A stretch of DNA of 32,000 bases, from positions 2,070,001 through 2,102,000 of the forward strand of contig NC_008578.1 in assembly GCF_000015025.1 (NCBI RefSeq). Reading direction: 5' to 3'. The notes beneath the pieces are model-generated. The model had not been told where the DNA came from, made no database searches, and saw nothing but the letters and a program-made list of their open reading frames with translations. The translations under genes were made by a program, and so were the position numbers. Position 1 is the stretch's first letter. Each line of letters starts with the position of its first letter. Shown piece after piece: positions 1 through 7,339 of the stretch. Source of the DNA: Acidothermus cellulolyticus 11B (lineage in GTDB: Bacteria > Actinomycetota > Actinomycetes > Acidothermales > Acidothermaceae).

Positions 1-667
1 GCCGCCGCGCGCCTGACGGCCGATCAGCCTCGGCGCGTTCGCCGGCAACGCGGCCTCGTTGCGGGGCGCGGTGCATCAGCGCCTGACGCAGCTGCGCCCG
101 GCCCCGGTGAATGCGGCTCCGCACCGTCCCCAATTTGATGCCCAGGACTTCGGCGATTTCCTCGTAGGAGAGTCCTTCGATATCGCAGAGTACGACGGCG
201 GCCCGGAACTCCGGCGGGAGAGCGTCCAGCGCGCGCTGGACGTCGTCATCCCAATGCGTGTCGTCGTAGTGCTGCGCCGGGGTCGGTTCGCGTCCGGCGA
301 GCCGCTCGGGTGCGTCGTCCGCCAGCGCTTCAAAGCGGATCCGGGAGCGGCGGCGGGCGCCGTCGAGGAACAGGTTGGTGGTGATCCGATGCAGCCAACC
401 GTCGAAGGTGCCTGGGGTGTAGCTCGCCAGCGAGCGGAACACCCGGACGAAGACGTCCTGGGTCAAGTCTTCGGCATCGTGGCGGTTGCCGGTCAGCCGA
501 TACGCCAGGCGAAAGACCTGAGGTCCGTACATGCGCACGACCTCGTCCCAGGACGGCGGCGCCCAGGGCGCGGCGTTCTCGGGACCCACCGCGCGCGGCT
601 GGTCCGGACCGGGTTCGCCGATATCCGGCGGAATGACCGCGCTCTGCTGCTGCGTGTCGCCGCGCAT
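1..667 (-). CDS. sigE: ECF RNA polymerase sigma factor, SigE-like; 3' end runs off the left edge of the window
   Basis: Absent from the ORF track because there is no stop in the window. My reverse-strand translation from ATG 667..665 gives [11 protein letters not shown]...[41 protein letters not shown]...[18 protein letters not shown]...[48 protein letters not shown], i.e. sigma-70 regions 2 and 4 of an ECF sigma. GGAGG lies 6 nt upstream of the ATG. The + ORF 59..673 is its antisense shadow. The divergent O-methyltransferase matches the mycobacterial sigE neighbourhood. Confidence 0.9.
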   Translation of the reverse strand, partial: MRGDTQQQSAVIPPDIGEPGPDQPRAVGPENAAPWAPPSWDEVVRMYGPQVFRLAYRLTGNRHDAEDLTQDVFVRVFRSLASYTPGTFDGWLHRITTNLFLDGARRRSRIRFEALADDAPERLAGREPTPAQHYDDTHWDDDVQRALDALPPEFRAAVVLCDIEGLSYEEIAEVLGIKLGTVRSRIHRGRAQLRQALMHRAPQRGRVAGERAEADRPSGARR

Positions 668-736
668 CGCTGACCTCCGTCGGCGTGCAAGTGTGGTACC
701 GACGGCATCCTGCCAGCCCATCCTGAAGATTTCCTG

Positions 737-1465
737 ATGCCGGCGGGCCGGTTCCGTGCCGACGGACCGACCACGATGACTAGGCTTCCCCTGACACCCG
801 AGGCTGTCCTGAGCCGGGAGGAGGCCACCATCGGCGATCTTCGGATGAGCTGGGAGTACGCCGAGCGGTACGTCGGCGAGGACGAGGTGCTGCGCGCCGC
901 CGCCGCCCGCGGTACCGAACTCGGTGCCGTCCCGGTGCTGCCTGGGGTAGGAGCGGCGCTCCGGTTCTTCGCCGCGGTGCTGGATGCCCGCGCGGTGGTC
1001 GAGGTCGGCGGAGGCTGCGGCGTCTCCGGCATTTGGCTGCTGCGAGGCATGAACCCGGCGGGAGTGCTCACCTCCATCGACATCGAGGCGGAGCATCAAC
1101 GACTGGCTCGGCAAGCCTTCGCTGAGGCAGGTTTTCCGCCGTCCCGCACCCGCCTGATCTGCGGCGAGGCGCTCGACGTCCTGCCGCGGCTCTCCGACGC
1201 CGGATACGACCTGGTGTTCTGCGACGCAGAGAAGACCGAGTACGGCGATTACCTCACCGAAGCGATCCGGCTGGTGCGGGTCGGCGGCATCATCGCGTTC
1301 GACAACGCGCTCTGGCACGATCGCGTCGCGGACCCGGCGCAACGCGACACCGCGACGATCGCCGTCCGCGAACTCGGCAAACGCGTCCGTGACGACGACC
1401 GCCTGGTCCCGGTGTTGTTTGCCGCCGGGGACGGACTGCTCGCTGCAGTCAAACGCCGCGCGTGA
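737..1465 (+). CDS. Class I SAM-dependent O-methyltransferase (caffeoyl-CoA OMT-like, Rv1220c-type)
   Basis: ORF 737..1465. SAM-binding glycine motif [16 protein letters not shown], then [12 protein letters not shown] and [11 protein letters not shown]. Divergent from sigE. An alternative start at ATG 776 (MTRLPLTPE) is possible. The stop TGA 1463..1465 overlaps the GTG of the next gene. Confidence 0.8.
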   Translation: MPAGRFRADGPTTMTRLPLTPEAVLSREEATIGDLRMSWEYAERYVGEDEVLRAAAARGTELGAVPVLPGVGAALRFFAAVLDARAVVEVGGGCGVSGIWLLRGMNPAGVLTSIDIEAEHQRLARQAFAEAGFPPSRTRLICGEALDVLPRLSDAGYDLVFCDAEKTEYGDYLTEAIRLVRVGGIIAFDNALWHDRVADPAQRDTATIAVRELGKRVRDDDRLVPVLFAAGDGLLAAVKRRA

Positions 1466-3033
1466 ACCCTGTGACGGTGTCCGCCCGAAACCCGATCGTC
1501 GTCCGGCGCTGGGACGCGGTTCCCGATCCCGCAGCCGCCTACGACGCCCTCTTCGCGGGCCGGCTTGGCGCGTTCTGGTTGGACGGCGAATATTCCGCTG
1601 TGCTGGACGGCGACCCGATGTCCACGCTGGCGGCCGATGACCGCCCGGGCTGGGGCTGCTCAATCCTCGGTGCCGCGGACGGACCATTGGGCGAATTCCT
1701 CAGTTACGACGTGGAAACCGGCACCCTCGCGGTCCGGACGGCGCAAACAACCCGCACGTATCGCGTGGCGGACATCTTCTCCTACCTCAACGAACAGATC
1801 GCGGCACGACATATCACCGCGCCGTGCGGCATTCCCGGTGATATCGCCCCCGGCTACGTCGGATACCTCGGGTATGAGCTGAAAGCGCTGACCGGCGGCC
1901 GTGCCGTCCACCGCTCACCCTTTCCGGACGCCGCTCTTACCTTCGCGGATCGGCTTCTCCTCCTCGACCATCACAGCGGAGCAACCTACGCGCTCGCGCT
2001 TACCGGCTCCGCCTCCGAGACGTGGTTTGCCCGGGTCGAGCGCGCACTCGCCGATGCGCCGACCCGTCATGTCCGCGGCCCCCGGAGTCCGTCCCAGCTC
2101 GGCCCTGCCTCCGTCCCGACACGGCAGGACGCCGTCGTGAGGCTGGCCGCCCTTGCGGTGACCGAAGAATTCAGCAGCCCGTACCCGGTCACACCCCGCC
2201 ACGATGCGGCCGCCTACCGGGCACGCATCGAGGAGTGCCGTCGCGACATCGCGGCTGGTGACGCATACGAACTCTGTTTGACCACGATGCTGACCACGCC
2301 GCGGGTCGATCCACTGCGGTTGTTTCACACGGTCCGAGCCGTCACACCGGCGCCGTATGCGGCCCTCCTTGAATTCCCGGACGCCGCTGTGGTCTGCGCA
2401 TCACCTGAGCTCTTCTGTACGGTCGACGCCGCCGGATGGGTCACCTCAGGGCCGATCAAAGGCACGCGCCGCCGAAGCGCCGATCCCCTCGTCGACGCCG
2501 CACTGCGCCGTGACCTCGCCACCTGCGCCAAAGACCGGGCAGAGAACGTAATGATTGTTGACTTGCTGCGCAACGACCTCGGCCGGGTATGCCGGCCCGG
2601 AACGATCGACGTAAGCCGACTCTGCGCGGTCGAGACGTATCCAACGGTGCATCAACTCGTCTCCACCATTCGCGGCCGGCTCAACCCCGACGCCTCGGCG
2701 ATCGACGCGGTACGCGCGGCGTTCCCACCGGGTTCCATGACCGGTGCGCCGAAAATCCGGTCCATGGAGATTCTCGACGCCCGGGAAGGCGGTCCGCGGG
2801 GGGTCTATTCCGGCGCGCTCGGCTGGTTCTCCCTCACCGGCACGGCCCGCCTCGCTGTCGTCATCCGCACCGCGGTCATCGACGCCGACACGGTTCACAT
2901 AGGCACCGGCGGTGCTATCACCATCGATTCCGATCCCGACGCCGAAATCGCCGAAACAGCGGCCAAAGCAGCCGGGATGCTGCACGCCATCCGGCTCAGT
3001 CGAAGACCAGCGGCTCCGTACGGCTCCGTTTGA
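1462..3033 (+). CDS. pabB: Aminodeoxychorismate synthase component I (chorismate-binding enzyme family)
   Basis: ORF 1462..3033. Chorismate-binding domain motifs [14 protein letters not shown] (the PIKGT lysine signature of PabB rather than the TrpE PIAGT), [31 protein letters not shown] and [11 protein letters not shown]. The GTG start overlaps the upstream stop (GTGA). Confidence 0.8.
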   Translation: MNPVTVSARNPIVVRRWDAVPDPAAAYDALFAGRLGAFWLDGEYSAVLDGDPMSTLAADDRPGWGCSILGAADGPLGEFLSYDVETGTLAVRTAQTTRTYRVADIFSYLNEQIAARHITAPCGIPGDIAPGYVGYLGYELKALTGGRAVHRSPFPDAALTFADRLLLLDHHSGATYALALTGSASETWFARVERALADAPTRHVRGPRSPSQLGPASVPTRQDAVVRLAALAVTEEFSSPYPVTPRHDAAAYRARIEECRRDIAAGDAYELCLTTMLTTPRVDPLRLFHTVRAVTPAPYAALLEFPDAAVVCASPELFCTVDAAGWVTSGPIKGTRRRSADPLVDAALRRDLATCAKDRAENVMIVDLLRNDLGRVCRPGTIDVSRLCAVETYPTVHQLVSTIRGRLNPDASAIDAVRAAFPPGSMTGAPKIRSMEILDAREGGPRGVYSGALGWFSLTGTARLAVVIRTAVIDADTVHIGTGGAITIDSDPDAEIAETAAKAAGMLHAIRLSRRPAAPYGSV

Positions 3034-3601
3034 GCTCGTAGAAGGTGCGGTGGCGCATTAAGGTCAGTACGGCGTCGAAGAGGCGGGCCGCCTCTTCGCC
3101 ACGGGGAATCCGGGAGAACACCGGGCCGAAGATGCCCACACCGTCGACGTGAATCGTCGGCGTTCCGACGTCGTCGCCGACCATCGCCATGCCGCGGCGG
3201 TGACTGTCGGCGAGAGCGCCATCGTAGCGGTCGGTATCAGCCGCAGCGGCGAGCTCCGCCGGCAGGCCGACCTCGCTGAGCGCTTCGGCGATGACATTCG
3301 GGTAATCCGTGCGCTTGTCATTGTGGAGACGGTGACCCAGAGCCGTATACAAGTCGGTGAGGACATCGTCGCCTGCGTGCTGCGCGGCGGCGATACAGAC
3401 CCGGGCGATTCCCCGCGCGGAACGCATGAGCTCGGCATACTCCGGTGAGTGTTCCTTTCCCTCGTTCAGCAGGGCGAGGCTCATCACGCGGAAGCGCACA
3501 TCGATATCACGCAACTGGGCAACCTCGAGGATCCAACGTGAGGTGATCCACGCAAACGGGCATACGGCGTCGAAATAGAAGTCAACCGTGGTCCGGCTCA
3601 T
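2996..3601 (-). CDS. DsbA-like thioredoxin-fold protein of the Rv2466c (mycothiol-dependent reductase) type, with a CPFA active-site motif
   Basis: ORF 2996..3601. It appears alignable end to end with my recollection of M. tuberculosis Rv2466c ([61 protein letters not shown]). The N-terminal motif reads FDAVCPFAW. Confidence 0.8.
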   Translation of the reverse strand: MSRTTVDFYFDAVCPFAWITSRWILEVAQLRDIDVRFRVMSLALLNEGKEHSPEYAELMRSARGIARVCIAAAQHAGDDVLTDLYTALGHRLHNDKRTDYPNVIAEALSEVGLPAELAAAADTDRYDGALADSHRRGMAMVGDDVGTPTIHVDGVGIFGPVFSRIPRGEEAARLFDAVLTLMRHRTFYELKRSRTEPLVFD

Positions 3602-3641
3602 CGTCCCTTCGCTCCCTGGTCATCTCGTCTCAACACCCTCA

Positions 3642-3773
3642 CGTTACCGGCGATGCCCGGTCCTTCCAGGTCCCGGTCACGGGCAATGCCCGGCACTCCG
3701 GCGCCTCGGTCACGGGCGATGCCCGGCACTCCGGTGCCTCGACCCGCAATGCTCTCCGCCGGACCGCGGCATC
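3642..3773. repeat. 33-bp tandem repeat: two near-identical units flanked by two degenerate units
   Basis: Unit 1 (3675..3707) is ggtcacgggcaatgcccggcactccggcgcctc and unit 2 (3708..3740) is ggtcacgggcgatgcccggcactccggtgcctc, 31/33 identical. The preceding 3642..3674 matches about 22/33, and 3741..3773 is a decayed copy. Each good unit carries a palindrome: CGGGCA-a-TGCCCG at 3680..3692 and CGGGC-gat-GCCCG at 3713..3725. The array lies between the stop of the GerMN lipoprotein gene and the start of the Rv2466c-like gene. Confidence 0.85.
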
Positions 3774-4431
3774 AACTCGAGGCCGTCGCACTCGGCGACG
3801 GCAAGCTCACCGGCGGCGGCGGGCTCTCCGACGACGGCGCACACGGCCGTGATCCGACAAGCAGACAGGAGTAATCGTCCGCCCGCAGCGGGCGGCTGGT
3901 CAGCGTGCCGTCCGCCAGCGGCACGGTGACCGGATGACCGTCAAGTTCGATGAGCACGGAGTCCACACCGGGGAACGACACCGCCGTCAGCACAATCTGC
4001 GCGGTAGCGAGAATCTGGCTCTGTCCACGGATTTCCGAGAAACTGGACCCCAAGTCAATCGTGGCCAGAGTTCCGGACCGGCTGACGTTGTTGATTTTTG
4101 AGACGGCGGTGAGCGCACTGGTGAGGCCCCGCGCCACTTCGGCGTCGGTTGGTCCGACGAGCAGGCTCTGCATCAGGGCGAACAGGGTGGAAGCCTGCTG
4201 CTGGGAACGGTGCACGGGCACCAAGACGCCGTCCTTTGCCTCCACCAGGTAAATCGTGGCGGCGGGATATGCCGGTGACGGTGAGACGGGCGGCGGAGAG
4301 GGTTCCCAGAGTGCAGACGGCACGTCCGCACGCGGAATCACGCTCGCCCGCTGCTGACCGCTGACACCACACCCAGCACCGACGACAAGAACAAGCGCCG
4401 CAAGGGCGAACGTCCGCCAGAACCGCCTCAC
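3772..4431 (-). CDS. Lipoprotein with a single GerMN-type domain (short LpqB-like)
   Basis: ORF 3772..4431. N-terminal signal peptide with lipobox LVLVVGAG-C. The GerMN-like core reads IYLVEAKDGVLVPVHR...LMQSLLVGPTDAEVARGLTSAL...ATIDLGSSF...AQIVLTAVSFPGVDSVLIELDG. The GTG start overlaps the kinase stop (GTGA at 4428..4431). Confidence 0.75.
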   Translation of the reverse strand: MRRFWRTFALAALVLVVGAGCGVSGQQRASVIPRADVPSALWEPSPPPVSPSPAYPAATIYLVEAKDGVLVPVHRSQQQASTLFALMQSLLVGPTDAEVARGLTSALTAVSKINNVSRSGTLATIDLGSSFSEIRGQSQILATAQIVLTAVSFPGVDSVLIELDGHPVTVPLADGTLTSRPLRADDYSCLLVGSRPCAPSSESPPPPVSLPSPSATASS

Positions 4432-5837
4432 GGCAGATCCCTGTCGTCGCGCGGAACCTCCCCGTCAGCCCGCGACGGCAACTCGATGACGAATCGCGCC
4501 CCGCCGCCCGGGCGATCCTCGACCCATACCCGTCCACGGTGCAACGCGACGTGCTCGGCAACAATGGCAAGACCGAGGCCGACTCCCGTTCCGGCCGCCC
4601 GGTGTCCATGACCGCCGCGGGCGAACCGCTCGAAGATGCGTTCCCGGTCGGCCGGGGCGATACCGGGGCCGGCGTCGTCCACCTCGTAGCGAATGCCGTC
4701 CGGAACCGCACGGAGTCCCAGCCGCACCACGCCGCCGGCGTACCGTTCGGCGTTCTGGACGAGGTTGGTGAAGACCCGTTCCATGCGTCGTTTATCGATC
4801 CGCACCACGCGAAGACGGGCTTCCGGCGCGATGTCAATCAGCGTGCCCGCACAGAGATTCGCCGCAACCTGACAGAGAAATTCGCCGGCATGGACGTCCT
4901 CCAGGCTCACTTCCGCCGCCCCGGCGTCAACCCGGGAAATCTCCAACAGATCCTCGACGAGCCGCTGGAAACTCGCGGTTTCGGATTTCACCAGTTCCAA
5001 CGCCTGCACCTGAGCCGGCCGCCATCCCTCGGTGTGCCGCTCCAACACCGCAAGCGATGTCGCCAACGTCGTCAACGGCGTACGCAATTCGTGGCTCACG
5101 TCAGAGGCAAACCGTGCATCGCGGGCCAGCCGGGCCTGCAACGCGTCCACCATCGAGTTGAACGCAGCGGCCAGCCGGGTAAGGTCGCGATCCTCCGCGC
5201 GCAGCCGGGTCCCGAGGTGTCCGCGGGCGATATCGTCCGCGGCCGCAGCGACCGCACGCAACGGTTGCAGAGCGAGCCGGCTTGCCCACGCCCCGAGCAG
5301 CCCGCCGGCAACCGCGGTGACGACGGCGGCGACGCCGAGCGAGAGCGAGAGGATGTGCAGCGTCGAATTCAGTTCGCGGAGCGAGAAGACCTGAACGAAG
5401 ACCGCATCGACCGAGGGCAACGGCACGGCGACGCCGAGATACACCGTCCCCGACTGCTCGAAGCGCTGCATGGCGACGTTGCCCCGATTCGCTTCATCCA
5501 TCAGCGAATTCGGCAATTGCGAGGGTGCAACGAGCACGGAGGAGCCGAACCAATGGCCGCGCCGGAACACAAGGGACGCCGATTCGCTGCTGGTCGGAAT
5601 GGTTCCAAGAAAACTCGTGACGTCCGCCCCTGGATTGCGCAGCGCGGACCGGACGAGCCGTGCATCGGTAAAAGTCTGCCGTTTCGCCGAGGCTTCCCGC
5701 TCACTGAGCAAATAGTTGTGCGCGAGCACATAGGCGATCGAGGCCATCACCGCAGCGAGAAAGAAGGTGCCAACGCAGAAGGTCACCGTGACGCGGGCCC
5801 GAAGGCCGAGCGTCCGACGGAGGCGCAGACGCTTCAC
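4428..5837 (-). CDS. Sensor histidine kinase (two TM segments, periplasmic loop, HAMP, HisKA, HATPase)
   Basis: ORF 4428..5837. TM1 FCVGTFFLAAVMASIAYVL, TM2 LSLGVAAVVTAVAGGLLGAW, H-box SHELRTPLTTL, N-box LVQNAERYA, G-boxes VDDAGPGI and GTGVGLGLAIV. The GTG start overlaps the regulator stop (GTGA at 5834..5837). Confidence 0.9.
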   Translation of the reverse strand: MKRLRLRRTLGLRARVTVTFCVGTFFLAAVMASIAYVLAHNYLLSEREASAKRQTFTDARLVRSALRNPGADVTSFLGTIPTSSESASLVFRRGHWFGSSVLVAPSQLPNSLMDEANRGNVAMQRFEQSGTVYLGVAVPLPSVDAVFVQVFSLRELNSTLHILSLSLGVAAVVTAVAGGLLGAWASRLALQPLRAVAAAADDIARGHLGTRLRAEDRDLTRLAAAFNSMVDALQARLARDARFASDVSHELRTPLTTLATSLAVLERHTEGWRPAQVQALELVKSETASFQRLVEDLLEISRVDAGAAEVSLEDVHAGEFLCQVAANLCAGTLIDIAPEARLRVVRIDKRRMERVFTNLVQNAERYAGGVVRLGLRAVPDGIRYEVDDAGPGIAPADRERIFERFARGGHGHRAAGTGVGLGLAIVAEHVALHRGRVWVEDRPGGGARFVIELPSRADGEVPRDDRDLP

Positions 5838-6571
5838 GGTGCCGGTTGAATCTTGTATCCCAGGCCGCGAACGGTGACGAGGATACGCGGATGTGCGGGA
5901 TCCTCTTCAATTTTGGTGCGCAACCGCCGGACGTGGACGTCGACGATCCGGCCGTCGCCAAAGTAGTCGTAGCCCCACACCCTCTCCAGCAGCTGTTCCC
6001 GGCTGTACACCCGATCGGGCGCCGACGCAAGCTCGCACAACAACCGAAATTCCGTGCGGGTCAGGTGCAGTGCCTCACCGTTGCGCCGCACCACTCCGGC
6101 GTCCGGGCGGATTTCCAAATCCTGGATGTCGATGACCTCGCCCGCCGGGCCGCCCGCGGACCGGCTGCGGCGCAGCAACGCCCGGATCCGGGCGGAGAGC
6201 TCCTTCATTTCAAAGGGTTTTGTCACGTAATCGTCGGCGCCGGCTTCCAGGCCGGCGACGACGTCGTGGGTGTCCGTACGGGCGGTCACCATGATGATGG
6301 GCACGTCACTGCTGCGACGCAGCCGCCGGCAGCATTCGAATCCGTCGATATCCGGCAGCATGAGGTCAACCAGGACGACGTCAGCTCCCCCGGCGCCGAA
6401 CAATTCCAGACCCGCCGCACCGGACGGCGCCTCGATGACCTCATGGCCATCGTCCGTCAACGCCAACCGCATCGAGGCACGGATCCGATCGTCGTCCTCA
6501 ATGAGGAGAATGCGCGGCACGCTGCCACTATGCCATGGCGCCCCGCCGCCTGACCGGCCTCCGCGGATCAC
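5834..6571 (-). CDS. OmpR/PhoB-family response regulator (MtrA-like)
   Basis: ORF 5834..6571. Receiver motifs ILLIEDDD, VLVDLMLPDIDG, IIMVTARTD and KPF. Winged-helix C-terminus LTRTEFRLLCELA...RLRTKIE...TVRGLGYK. The start is uncertain: GTG 6571 or the in-frame GTG 6520 (VPRILLIEDDD). Confidence 0.9.
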   Translation of the reverse strand: MIRGGRSGGGAPWHSGSVPRILLIEDDDRIRASMRLALTDDGHEVIEAPSGAAGLELFGAGGADVVLVDLMLPDIDGFECCRRLRRSSDVPIIMVTARTDTHDVVAGLEAGADDYVTKPFEMKELSARIRALLRRSRSAGGPAGEVIDIQDLEIRPDAGVVRRNGEALHLTRTEFRLLCELASAPDRVYSREQLLERVWGYDYFGDGRIVDVHVRRLRTKIEEDPAHPRILVTVRGLGYKIQPAP

Positions 6572-6596
6572 CGACCGCCGTCGGCGAGGATTCTTT

Positions 6597-6644
6597 GCAA
6601 TTGCGTTACAGCTGGTTTGTCACGTAACCGCAAACAGTTTGACA
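6597..6644. promoter_or_regulatory. AT-rich divergent control region with a palindrome, an inverted repeat and a direct repeat
   Basis: Perfect 8-bp palindrome GCAATTGC at 6597..6604. Imperfect inverted repeat TTGCGTTAC (6601..6609) and GTAACCGCAA (6624..6633). Direct repeat GTTTGTCA (6615..6622) and GTTTGACA (6637..6644), start-to-start 22 bp. TTGACA lies at 6639..6644. This is locally the most AT-rich stretch between the regulator and STAS genes. No convincing -10 element was identified. Confidence 0.3.
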
Positions 6645-6754
6645 GCTCGTCCTCATGTTGACCGGCCAGGCTGCAGATGACAGCCAGCCAGACCCCGATC
6701 GATCCGCCGATCGGTGCGTCTTCGGACAGCCGCCGGACAGAGGAGGAGCCAGCC

Positions 6755-7162
6755 ATGCATCCCATGCACAGCACGGAGGTCTTCCGCTTCGATCTCAACC
6801 GGGACGGCGACCGCGTTGTCGTTACGCTGTACGGCGAGCTCGACATTGCGAATGCCCGCCGACTCCGGGAATCCTTCGCTGCCCTGGACGACGGCCGGGA
6901 AAGCGACGTGGTCGTCGACCTTGCCGGCGTGCCGTTCATTGATTCAACCTGCCTGGCGGTCTTGCTCTGGGCCTCGCACCGGTCACGGGACAGTGGGCGC
7001 CGCATGGTGCTGCGCGACCCGTCCCGCGGCGTGATCGCTGCCCTTGCCGCCAGCGGTCTGCTGCGGGCCTTTCGCTACGACCCGGAAACGCTGGACAGCG
7101 TCCAGCCGTGGCCGACCCGCATCCCCGCCGCCGAGCCGCACACCGTCGGTGCCGCGTCGTAA
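6755..7162 (+). CDS. STAS-domain protein (anti-sigma-factor antagonist family)
   Basis: The track ORF is 6677..7162. I prefer ATG 6755 because AGGAGGAG (6741..6748) lies 6 nt upstream. The sequence VVVTLYGELDIANARRLRESF...VVVDLAGVPFIDSTCLAVLL...RRMVLRDPSRGVIAALAASGL is typical of SpoIIAA/RsbV-like STAS proteins. Confidence 0.75.
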   Translation: MHPMHSTEVFRFDLNRDGDRVVVTLYGELDIANARRLRESFAALDDGRESDVVVDLAGVPFIDSTCLAVLLWASHRSRDSGRRMVLRDPSRGVIAALAASGLLRAFRYDPETLDSVQPWPTRIPAAEPHTVGAAS

Positions 7163-7339
7163 CCACCGCGGCCGTCGTGGATCGCGCGGAGCCGCGTACC
7201 AGCCGGTCGCGATGCCGTCACACCCGGTCTGCCTGAACGCGCGGTCACCTGCACGTCGCGGCGCGGGAATGTGGGCTCATCACCCCGTCCGGGATGCCTG
7301 AGATCGCCCTCAACGACGCCGCACAGCGGGCGGCGGAGG

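Noticed and set aside
59-673. 204-aa + strand ORF at the left edge, and the - ORF 493..1083.
   Set aside because: They are shadows of the real genes. The minus strand of 1..667 encodes an unmistakable ECF sigma factor, and 737..1465 on the plus strand encodes the O-methyltransferase.
2996-3033. A 38-bp overlap of the convergent 3' ends of pabB and the DsbA-like gene.
   Set aside because: Such overlaps are common in compact high-GC genomes. Both C-termini look plausible and nothing suggests a functional antisense interaction.
3642-3773. The 33-bp repeats considered as a CRISPR array.
   Set aside because: The units are directly adjacent with no spacers. Only two good copies exist, and there are no cas genes.
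4539-5849. 436-aa + strand ORF antisense to the histidine kinase. Similar long shadow ORFs occur at 7724..9223, 9693..10940, 10159..11235, 25274..26623, 27602..29224 and 29729..31264.
   Set aside because: All lie antisense to genes with clear family motifs. Their products are Arg/Pro/Gly-rich with no recognisable domains. Long stop-free antisense frames are expected at about 70% GC.
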